In this document: positions 24,901 to 36,900 of the stretch, in pieces
Position numbering within the stretch: position 1 is the stretch's first letter
Layout: the number at the start of each line of letters is the position of its first letter
NCBI RefSeq assembly: GCF_028641065.1
Contig: NC_073401.1
Location: 22,630,001 to 22,694,000, forward strand
Length of the DNA: 64,000 nucleotides
Direction: 5' to 3'
Source of the DNA: Leucoraja erinacea
Taxonomy: Eukaryota
Program-made: the position numbers and the translations under genes
The notes under the pieces: model-generated
The model's database searches: none
What the model saw: only the letters and a program-made list of their open reading frames with translations
Told to the model about the DNA's origin: nothing

Positions 24901-27900
24901 AATTCCCAGGATGGCAGGATTGCCATATGCTGAGAGAATGGAACGGCTGGGTTTGTATACTCTGGAATTTAGAGGGATGAGAGGGTATCTTATTGAAACA
25001 TATAAGATTATTAAGGGTCTGAGAACATATCCTGCCCTTGATGCAATTCATGACCTTGATGCAATTCATGACCTTGGATTTAGTTTGTGTAATATCTAAC
25101 CATCAATTTTCCTATTTATGTTGCAGACTCCCGCTGAACCAAGTCAGGCAAAAGTTTAACTCTATGGACATCTCATTGAAGGATAATCTACAAGAAATGA
25201 CTTGAGGAGTCTGCAAGTAAATTTGGGTAATTTTTTTTCTTTTAAATTGTGGTTTTATAATTGGTTTGTAGAAATTGCTGTGACTATGAAATAGCACAGG
25301 TGTTTTCTTGAAGGTAACTCCATGGCAAGATTTGAAGAAAGAACAAAAGTCCTGGTATTTTACCCAAAAAATACACCTTAAATCATCTCCAGGAGTAAAA
25401 TAGATTATGCAACAATAGTGCATCTAGCAGAAACACTGTCTCTGAGTGCCATAGATTGGGTTCAGTCCTGATCTCGGGTGCTATGTCTTTAGAGTGCAGG
25501 TTCTCCCTGGATTTTATCTCGCATCTGACTTTTTTTTAAATTTAACATTCCAAAAAAGCGTGGGTTGGTAAGCTAATTGGCCATTGTAAATTATAATCCT
25601 ATGTATAAGTGAGTGGTAGAATGTTGAGTGAATGAAGAAAAGATGGAAGTAGGATTAGTGTTAATGAACAGGTCATAGTCAGCGCAGACTTTGTGGGCTG
25701 AAGGGTTTATTTCACTCTGTCTATGACTCATCTGTTCAGTGGTTGTGAGATATTGGGTCCTACCATGTTTGGCATTATAAAAAAATTAATCGAAAGATTA
25801 ACACGTGCTATTGAATATCAGTACGTACAAATTCTTTACAACAGATCGTCCATCTACATTACATCACAAAAATAAAGGCAGCTTAATCATAGAAAATTGT
25901 GCTGGATAATAATTGATAATGAAATACTGATTCCTTCCTCACCTGCCTAACCTATTACAGAAACGTGTATTGATAGTTTTCAAGAGAGTTAGATTTCGGT
26001 CTTGGAGCTAAGAGAATCGAGGGATATGGGGACAAAGCCGGAACGGGGAACTTGTATTGGATGATCAGCCATGATCATATTGAATGGTGGTGCTGACTCG
26101 AAGGGCCGAATGGCCTACTTCTGCTCCTATTTTCTATGTTTCTTTGATCTCAAACTGAATAATCACCATCACCTGTGTTTCCCTTCTCACACGCCCACCC
26201 AACTTTCATTTCACCAACAGGCACTATGTTGCATTTGGTAGCAATGTCATAGTGCAACACTTTTTTTGTTATGGTGTTTACTCTGGTAGTCGTTGGTTGA
26301 TTCAAACTGTTCCTAATTATTGCTCTAAGAGTTTTTCTGTTTATTTTCAGAATGAAGGATATCCGAGTACAAACGTTCAATGTGCACTTTGGGTTTAAAA
26401 ACAAGTTTCTTGCCAGTGACATTGTTTATTCAGTAGCGTCTCTGCTTGAGAACATTGAGAGAGACGATGGGAACAAGAGCTTTATCGAAGCCTTGGACAG
26501 TCTTTCCAGGTATTGCTTGCTTTTGGCTGCTGCTTGGGGATCTGCGCTATACATACTGTAGATGTTGAGTTTGCAATGCTATGATTTGACTAGAAAATAT
26601 TGAAACAATATATAAATGAATGATTATAAACTTCTGCCGTGCTTCCTATTAAATTTCATTGCTTGTTCGCAAACACATAGTAATTTATAGAAGTGCAGAT
26701 GCTGGTTTAAACCGAAGATAGACACAAAATGCGGGAGTAACTCAGCGGGACAAGCAGCATCTCTGGAGAGAAGGAATGGGTGATGTTTCGGGTCGAGACC
26801 CTTCCTCAGACTTGCACTTACACAAATCAGTGTCCCTGTTCAAAAACAATTAAATAATTTAAGCTCTCTTTTATTTGGCACAATGATTTTCACTGACTGG
26901 GTGATATACTGTCAATGAACCAGCTTCAGTCTGAAGAAGGGGCTCGACCCGAAACGTCACCCATTCCTTCTCTCCAGAGATGTTGCCTGTCCCACCGAGT
27001 TATTCCAGCATTATGTGTCTATCTTCAGTACATAATAATTTGTTGAGTTCTTGTAGTTGGAGGAAATCTGCTGTCAAAGTAAATGTCAATAACGCTATCT
27101 AGTAGCGTTTCTCTGGTAGTTAGATTAATGCAGTAAAATTAAGCAGATTGTATTTGTCTGGGAACGACTCCCAGCTGATTTTTATTCACTGTTGAATTGG
27201 TTATTTCATATTTAATTTACCTGCTTCATTTGATTGTTTCTGTCTTGGAAAATAACTGAAAAGGTGGGTACTGCTTGATATTTGGAATTGATCACATAAC
27301 TATCCTGTAACATCTGGAGAATTATATCTCTAAAGCAATTTTTTTTTAATGTTTGCTTTGGAGATATTTTTAAAGAAGGCATGAGAGAAATTAACACATG
27401 GAAGAAATATGCTGTACTTTCCAAAAATCCTGATTATTTTTTTAATTGTAAAATCTGAAAATTTAAAAAATGTTAAAATTGACTGCTCAATCCATAAATT
27501 ACCTTACACTCCATCCCTTTGATCACACCTACCATGTATACATTTTCTGTGAGCTGCCCACGTGTTGCACATTCATGTCAGCTAACAATGGGGGGAAAAG
27601 TATTGTGTTTATTAATAATTTCACTGTGTTTACAACCAATCCTTTCATTGCGATAACAAAATCAAGTTAAGCCAGCTCTTGATCTCAAGCCACTTTATTG
27701 TCCACTTACCTTCTTTTCAGATCTGAAGAAATTGTATCATGTTGCATTATTAGTGAGTTCTGTGATTTTGTTTGGCTCAATATGTACAATGCAGTAGAAA
27801 TTGTGACGGTGAGTCGGCTTGTAGTGTCGTATATTATCCACTAGGTGCTCTCCGTGTACCTGTGCTTGTCCATAAATGCCAAGGCAAAATCCTCCCAGAT

Positions 27901-30900
27901 TCCAGAGAAATGCTGCATGCTCTTTTCTTACATTTTCAAATAACGTTAACAATTACAATGGATTCCTTAACCACCTCCCAAACGCCATCCTCAAATTGTG
28001 TATTATAATGCATAAAATATGTGGAAAATCATTATTAACAATGAAAAAACTAACTTTTTTTTGCCTTTCTGTAGAAGTAATTTAGATAAACTGCATCAGG
28101 GTCTGGAACTGGCCAAGCAACAGCTCCGAGCAATTCACCAAACAGTTGCCAGCTGTATTTGTACCAACCTTATCATCTCGCATGGACCCTTTCTTTACTG
28201 TTATTTGCAAGAGGTGAGGATCAGCCTTGGAAAGATATTATTACAGTGCTTTCCATAATGTTTGGGACAAAGACCCAGCATTTATTTATTTGCCTCTGTA
28301 CTCCACACTTTGAGAATTGTAATAGGAAAAAAAACACATGCGGTTAAAGTGCATATTGTCAGATTTTAATAAAGACCATTTTTATACATTTTGCTTTCAC
28401 CATGTAGAAATTACAGCAGTGTTTATACATAGCGCCCTCCCCCCCCCCCCCCCCCCCCCCCCCCCCCATTTCAGGGCACCATAATGTTTGGGACACAGCA
28501 ATGTCATGTGGATGAAAGTTGTCATGTTTAGTATTTTGTTGCATATACTTTGCATTCAATGACTGCTTGAAGTCTGTGAGTCATGGACATCACCAGTTGC
28601 TGGGTGTCTTCTCTGGTGATACTCTGCCAGGTCTGCATTGCAGCCATCTTTAGCTTATGCTTGTTTTGGGGGCTTCCCCTTCAGTTTTCTCTTCAGTTTG
28701 CTCAATTGGGTTCAGATCGGGTGATTGACGACCACTCAAGAATTGACCATTTTTTAGCTTTGAAAAACTCCTTTGTTGATTTAGCAGTATGCTTGGGATC
28801 AATGTCTTGCTGTAGAATGAACTGCCAGCCAATGAGTTTTGAGTCATTTATTTGAAATAGAGCAGGGGATGTGTCTATACACTTCAGAATTCATTACGCT
28901 TCTACCATCAGCAGTTGTATCATCAATGAAGATAAGTGAGCCCAGTACCTTCAACAGCCATACATGCCCAGGCCGTAACACCCCCACCACTGTGTTTCAC
29001 AGATGAGGTGGTATGCTTAGGATCTTGGGCAGTTCCTTCTCTCCTCTGTACTTTGCTCTTGCCATCATTTAGATTTAAGTTAACTTTTGTCTCATTTGTC
29101 CACAAGACCTTTTTTCCAGAACTGTGGTTGCTCTTTTAAGTACTTTCTGGCAAACCGTAACTAGGCCATCCTGTTTTTGTCACTAACCAGTGGTTTGCAT
29201 CTTGCAGTGTAGCCTCTGTATTTCTGTTCATGAAGTCTTCTGCAGACAGTGGTCATTGACAAATCCACACCTGACTCCTGAAGAGTGTTTCTGATCTGTT
29301 GGACAGGTGTTTGTTTTTTCTTTTCTTTATTATAGAGAGAATTCTTCTGTCATCAGCTGTGGAGGTCTTCCTTGGCCTCCCTTTGCGATTAGTAAACTCA
29401 TCAGTGCTCTCTTTCTACTTAATGATGTTCCAAACAGTTAATTTTGGTAAGCCTAAGGTTAGATACATCAATCTAACAGTGTTATTATTGCTTCTCGGTC
29501 TCATAATGGCTTATTTGACTTTCATTGGCACAACTTTGGTCCTCCCGTTGATAAACAGCAATAAAAGTTTCCAACAGTGATGGAAAGACTGGAGGAAAGA
29601 CAAGGTGCTGGGAGCTCTCTTATACCTGCATTAAGGAGGCAATTAAACACCTGGGCAATTGCAAACACCCGTGAAGCTATGTGTCCCAAAAATTATGGTG
29701 CCCTGAAATGGGGGGACTTGTGTATAAACTCTGCTGTAATTTTTACTTTGTGAAACCAAAATGTATAAAAATGGCCTTCATTAAAATCTGACAATGTGCG
29801 CTTTAACCACATGTGATTATTTTTCTATTACAGATCTCAAGTTGTGGATTACAGAGGCAAATAAATAAATGATGGGTCTTTGTCCCACACATTATGGAGG
29901 GCACTGTGCCCTTTTTGATTCCCACATACGAACTATTAATATATCAATGGCACTTCCTGTGAAATTAATAATCACAACTAGACCAGGAAATAAATGAGAC
30001 TAACAATTTCATTCAGACAACACCAGCAAGACAGTTAATTGGTCACCAAAGTATTTTCTCTATATGTGTCTTTGACTGCCTTTGTATCCTCCTTTCTCAA
30101 TTGTCTAATCTTTAAAAATCTTTTCGACTTTAAGAATAAGTAAGCCATTTAGAACGGAGACGAGGAAACACTTTTTCTTACAGAGAGTGATGAGTCCGTG
30201 GAATTCTCTGCCTCGGAGGGCGGTGGAGGAAAGTACTCTGGATGCTTTCAAGAGAGAGCTAGATAGGGCTCTTAAAAATAGCGGAGTCAGGGGATATGGG
30301 GAGAAGGCAGGAACGGGTTACTGATTGGAGATGATCAGCCATGATCACATTGAATGGCGGTGCTGGCTCGAAGGTCTGAATGGCCTACTCCTGCACCTAT
30401 TGTCTAATGACTCAAAATGGTGGAATAATTCAGTGGGTCAGGCAGCATCTCTGGAGGAAATGGATAGGTAATGTTTCAGGTCGGGACCCTTCTTCAGACT
30501 GTCTAATATTTTACATTCTCCAGCACCTGGATTATAAGAGGCTGAGGGGTGATCTTATTGAAGTATAAAATGACGAGGGGTCTGGATAAAGTTAACACTC
30601 AGTCTTTTTCCCAGTGTAGAGTATTCTATAACCAAAGGACATAGGTTTAATGTAAGAGAGGAGAGATTTTAGAGGTTTTTCTGTATCTGAAATAAGCTGC
30701 CAGAGGAAGCTGTAGACGTGCATATAATTATCATTCAAAAGACTTTTGGACAGATATATTGATAGAAAGGCTTTAGAAGATTATGAACCAAATGCAGGTA
30801 AATTCGACCACCCTAGAATACCAAGTTGGATAGCATGGATTTTGGGCTAAAGGGCCTGTTTCCATGCTGCATGGCTATCTGACTCATTGAATGATGGTAG

Positions 30901-33900
30901 ACACTAAATGCTGTAGTAACTCAGTGGGACAGGCAGCATCTCTGGAGAGAAGGAATGGAATTGAATGATGGAGCAGGCTCCTCCTAATTTGTAAATTTTG
31001 TATAATTTACAAATTGTCAGCCACGGTCCAATCTTTCCTCTGACATTAAAATTGTAGTAGAGCCCACATTCAGCCAAATTCTACATTTAAGTGCAAAGCA
31101 GTGCATCTCTGAAAAATGTGTAACTAGAATAACCATTGGGGAAAATAAACAATCATTCCTCATTAGTTGAAGGGTTAAAGTTCCCAGCCTCAAGTATAGA
31201 GTCATCCAGAACGTGAACACAAGAGACACAGTTGAAGTGTTTGTAATTGCCTTAAGCAAAATGTGCTGATTACACAATTGTACCCTACAAAGCTGTCTCC
31301 CTAGCAACCTCGCCGCCCTACATGTGTGGTGGCCGGTTTACGATGCAATAGTTGAAAAAAAAAGGGGGGGGGACAAAACAAAAGCCTGATGCCTTCCCAG
31401 CTGCAGTGCTGAACTTCACTGTGCCAAGGACTGCCCCTTCTATAGCAAAGCTGTTTGCAGGGCAACTCCACTGCAGCTTTCTATCCATGTGGCAAAAACA
31501 AAATGCTAGAAATACTCAGCAGACCAGGCCACGTCTGTGGGAAGAGAAACAGAATGTTTCAGGTTGAAGACCTTTCTCACAACTAAAAAGAGGAAGTAAG
31601 GACAGCACAGTCGTGCTGCAGTAGAGTTCCTGCCTTACAGCACCAGACACCCGGATGCGATCCTGACTGGGTGCTGTCCGTGTGGCGTTTGTACGTTCTC
31701 CCGTCACCGCATGGGTTTTCTCCGAGTGCTCCAGTTTCCTCCCACACTCCAAAGCCATACAGGTTTGTAGGGTTAATTGGCTTCGTTAAAATTATTTCTT
31801 GCCCCTAGAGTGTAGGATAATGTTGGTGTGCTGGGTGATTGCTGGTCGGTGCGGAATTGATGGTCTGAAGGGCATGTTTCCACATAGTATCTCTAAAGTC
31901 TAAAGAAGGTTGTAAAGTTGCAGAAAAATTAGGGGAGAATGTCCTTGTGTAAAACCAGCGTAATCAAGGGGATAAGATATAAATAAAAGGTCATCTGGTC
32001 AATGAGTGAATGGGAGCAGTTAGAGTGAGAACATGGACAAAAGAATGTAGGAGTTATGAAATGCAGAGCAGAAGAAACTGCCTGGCAGTTTAGACTGGTA
32101 ATATCCTTCATTCCCAGAGGGAAAAGGAAGCAAAAAGATTAAATTCAACTAATACTATAGATGACATGCAAGGACCCAACAGTTTTTCCAGGTAAAGCTG
32201 CGATTCGTTTGCACTTCTTCCAATCTAGTGCACTGTGTTTGATATTCACAACATGATGTCTGCAGCATTGGAAAAAACAACGCAGATTAGATGTCAACTT
32301 TGCAGAACATCTGCCTTCACTCAAAGGGAGTGACCCTGAGCCTCCCATTGCCAAACGACACTTCATTTTCCCCATGGACACATTGAAACTTTCTGGACCC
32401 GATATTAAATTTCACAATTTCATGTAACTTGCTTTCTTGGCCTGTATCAGTCATCTACCAGGAATAATAGCTTTTTATCCCTTCCTTTCTGCAAATGGAG
32501 GACATCCCGAGCCTGATCTGCTGGGCTTGTCCTGCTTGCCTATGTTCTTGGCCTCTAGTTCCGCTCATTTACTTTTTGACCAGAAACCTTGTTTGCAACT
32601 TAAACCCAATGTTACCTGCTTTTAACTTATCAGAGACGCCCTGCACGCCCATCCTCCCTGCAGCTGCACAAGACTCTTGTCTCCTTTCAGTTCTGACAAA
32701 GGATCTCTGACCTGAAATATCCCCATAGCTTGTGGCTTGACCTGCTAAGTATTCCCAGTAATTTTGATTTAGATTTCTAGCCTTTCAGTCTTTCTTATTT
32801 TCACAATTATGTGACACATTGCCCATGTAATCCTATGCATTAAAATAAATAGGCTGTCTACAATTTAAAATTATAATTTAAGATGGGTAAATAAACGCTG
32901 CCATGAATCTGTTGCAACTGAGGAATATATTTTTGTTTTAATGTTAAAAGCACAAGCATTATCAGGCTTCCTTGATATAAACTGATCTAATTGGTAAAGA
33001 TAAAAGCAACAGGAAAGAAAAGCAACAGATCAAGTGCTAAACACGAGGTGAACAAATAAGTTGTTTTTCAAATTTTCTTCATTCAAAACTTCAAAAACTA
33101 ACATCTTTAAATTGCCAGCTGTTTAAAATTCAAGCACTTTCTAGCAATGGTGACAAAGATGTTGGTTTATACAATAGATTCAGTACATGTGTTGTTTTGA
33201 GTAATTTATATATATATAAACTTTGTCTCCAGGGCACTCCAGATGTGAAGATCTATTCAAAACCCATTTGTCTGAAACTTTTGTGCAAACATCTGCTCAA
33301 GTGTTTTGTCCGATCGGTATGTATGTTTCCAAAATTGTAGGATAGCTTCAGTGAAATTCTGGACATTCCCTTGGTGCCAACTTGTATAAATAACACAATG
33401 TTTCAATGAATTTATTTAGTCTTCTCTGTATTAGATGATGTATCTCAGCCATGCGGACCTGATTAAGTTTTTGGTTTGCGTAAGTCGTCGACTTCACAGC
33501 AGGCAGTGAAGAAAGCGAATGGCATGTTGGCCTTTATAACAAGAGGAGTTGAGTATAGGAGCAAAGACGTCCTTCTGCAGTTGTATAGGGCCAGGTTAGA
33601 CCACACCTGGAGTATTGTGTGCAGTTTTAGTCCTCTAATTTGAGGAAGGGCATTCTTGCTATTGAGGGACTGCAGCGCAGGTTTACAAGGTTAATCCCTG
33701 GGATGGCGGGACTATCATATGCTGAGAGAATGGAGCGGCTGGGCTTGTATACTCTGGAGTTTAGAAGGATGAGAGGGCACCTTATTGAAACGTATAAGAT
33801 TATTAAGAGTTTGGACATGCTAGAGGCAGGAAACATGTTCCCGATGTTGGGGGATTCCAGAACCAGGGGCCACAGTTTAAGAATAAGTGGTAAGCCATTT

Positions 33901-36900
33901 AGAAAGGAGATGAGGAAACACGTTTTCTCACAGAGAGTTGATAGTCTGTGGAATTCTCTGCCTCGGAGGGCGGTAGAGGCCGGTTCTCTGGATACTTTCA
34001 AGAGGGCTAGATAGGGCTCTTAAAGATAACAGGGGATATGGGGAGAAGGCAGGAATTCGGGTACTGATTGTGGCATTGAATGGCAGTGCTGGCTCGCAGG
34101 GCCGAATGGCCTTCTCCTGCACCTATTGTCTATTCAGGCAAATAGCCATAGGGATATTTTAATTTATTACTGCTCGCAAGTTTGGGAGGCAAATATCAAC
34201 CTCTGGTTCCTATTGCTCCTAAAGCGTACTGTAAGATTGTTGGCAGTTTTGTATTATATTTACTTGTGTGCTACACACAGTGCTTGGGCACCTGCATAAC
34301 CATATAACCATATAACAATTACAGCACGGAAACATGCCATCTTGGCCCTACAAGTCCGTGCCGACACAACTTTTTTTTCCCTTAGTCCCACCTGCCTGCA
34401 CTCGTACCATAACCCTCCATTCTCTTATCATCCATATGCCTATCCAATTTATTTTTAAATGATACCAACGAACCTGCCTCCACCACTTCCACTGGAAGCT
34501 CATTCCACACCGCTACCACTCTCTGAGTAAAGAAGCTCCCCCTCATGTTACCCCTAAACTTCTGTCCCTTAATTCTGAAGTCATGTCCTCTTGTTTGAAT
34601 CTTCCCTATTCTCAAAGGGAAAAGCTTGTCCACATCAACTCTGTCTATCCCTCTCGTCATTTTAAAGACCTCTATCAAGTCCCCCCCCCCTTAACCTTCT
34701 GCGCTCCAGAGAATAAAGACCTAACTTATTCAACCTATCTCTGTAACTTAGTTGTTGAAACCCAGGCAACATTCTAGTAAATCTCTGTACTCTCTCTATT
34801 TTGTTGACATCCTTCCTATAATTGGGCGACCAAAATTGTACACCATACTCCAGATTTGGCTGCATGGTGTAATGGCTACTTGGGCGACTATATTTGGTGT
34901 ACCCAGATCTGTATATTAACTGAAAGACAATGTGTTGATGGTTGTTTTGGGAATCATATTTATGCACGTCATAAATATAAGTGCATGCATGTCGGAATGC
35001 AGGTCAATTTAATGTTTATATCATTAGATTTAACCAAGTGTGCCAGACCTTGTACATTAACTGTTTCTAATTCCGTGGATGCTTTCCTGATACATTTACA
35101 GTATTTCTAAACCTGCAGCAGAAAATAAAACTAGTACAACCATGTCAAGTTTAAAAAGTAATGTGACATTAAATGTTGCACCTCGCTCAATTATCTATTG
35201 TGAAATCAACGCAGCATAAGAATATATGTTCAACGATTCACCGGACGTTACTTGAGTTTGATGTATGTGTTCGCTGTCAGAATGGAATATTTAATATGAG
35301 ATGAGCTGTCCATCTTCAAACTTAAATCTGTCCTAATCTGTAGGGAAAGGGGAACTTTTTTTAGCCTTCCATCATAGTGAGGAATGTGTAGGAGTCACTG
35401 TGTTGGATGTTCGTTAAAATGTGTTTTTGAGTGATCTATTACTTTTAATTGTATGACTGACCTGGCCAATGAAATTCCTCGCATGTTGCAAAACATACTT
35501 GGCGAATAAAGTGTGATTCTGATTCTGATTTAGACCAAGAACAAACGGTGCAAGGTGCTCCCTCTGGTTATGGCGGCACCAATGGACCTGCAGAAGGGAA
35601 CTGTGATAGTAATTGGAATCCCACCAGAAACTGAAAGCTCGGACAAAAAAAAGTGAGTGTATATCCAAACGCCATTACATGATTGCTTATATGAATGATA
35701 ATGTGCTTTCCCCAAATTATTAGTGCTGTAACTGTGATGCTGAACCCTGCTAAGTTTGTTGCCTTCAGATGGAACACGCAGTATACGAAAGACTTGACTA
35801 CCTATAATTTTAAACATGATAACATTGGAAAATGAGTCACTCCCTCCGTCTTAATGTTTATCATTTTGTTTGCATTTGCTAGAAGACAGTGCAACTGATA
35901 AGAGCATATGGGTATCCTTCAGGTGCTCCAGTTTTCTCCCATATACCAAGCTCTGCATGCTGGTGGAATAATTGGCAGCTGTTGCTCTCTGAGATGGCAT
36001 TGACTAGATGGGCTGGAATAGCTTCCTATGCATGACACAAACAATCTCCCAGGTGTACTAATGGCCAGAGGAACTAGGGTGAAGGAGGAACTGAAGGAAA
36101 TTCACATTAGTCAGGAAATGGTGTTGGGTAGATTGATGGGACCAACGACTGATAAATCCTCAGGGCCTGATGGTCTTGCATCCCAGGGTACTTAAGAAGG
36201 TGGCTCTAGGTGAATTTTCCAATGTTCTGTAGATTCAGGATCAGTTCCTGTGGATTGGAGGGTAGCTAATGTTATCCCACTTTTTAAGAAAGGAGGGAGA
36301 GAGAAAACGGGGAATTATAGACCAGAGGATGCTATGAAGATGCAGGGTGACTTAGACAGGTTGGGTGAGTGGGCAGATGCATGGCAGATGCTGTTTAATG
36401 TGGATAAATGTGAGATTATTATCTGAATGGTGTCGTTAGGAAAAGGGGAAGTATAATGAGATCTGTGTGTCCTTGTACACTAGTCACTGAAAGCAAACAT
36501 GCAGGTACAGCAGGCAGTGAAGAAAGCTAAGGGGATGTTGGTATAACAAGAGGATATAGGAGCAAAGAGGTGTCCTTGTACAGGGCCCTAGTCACCTGAA
36601 AGCTAATATGAAACTATTAGATGAGCAGGAAGTGGGTACATCTGCAGACAGTACAGCAAGATTGGAAGCTCACAATGGCATTTGTTGGGCCTTCATGTCA
36701 TATTTCCAAGTTTGTTGAACAAAGCGAGGAGTAATAAGTATAGGGGGAGCAAAAGATGAGCCCATGGGGGAAGCTAAGGTTATCTACTTTGGTACAGCAG
36801 AATATTTGTTAAGCCCCTGGTGAGAGCTAATACTCCTGGCTAGTATTGTGTGCTAGGTATGTTTTTTTTTAGTCCAACTAATTTGAGGAATGGGCATTCT

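Noticed and set aside
31600-31670. tRNA-like sequences (also about 45645-45715)
   Set aside because: These are SINE heads continuing into the V-domain, with no intact cloverleaf.
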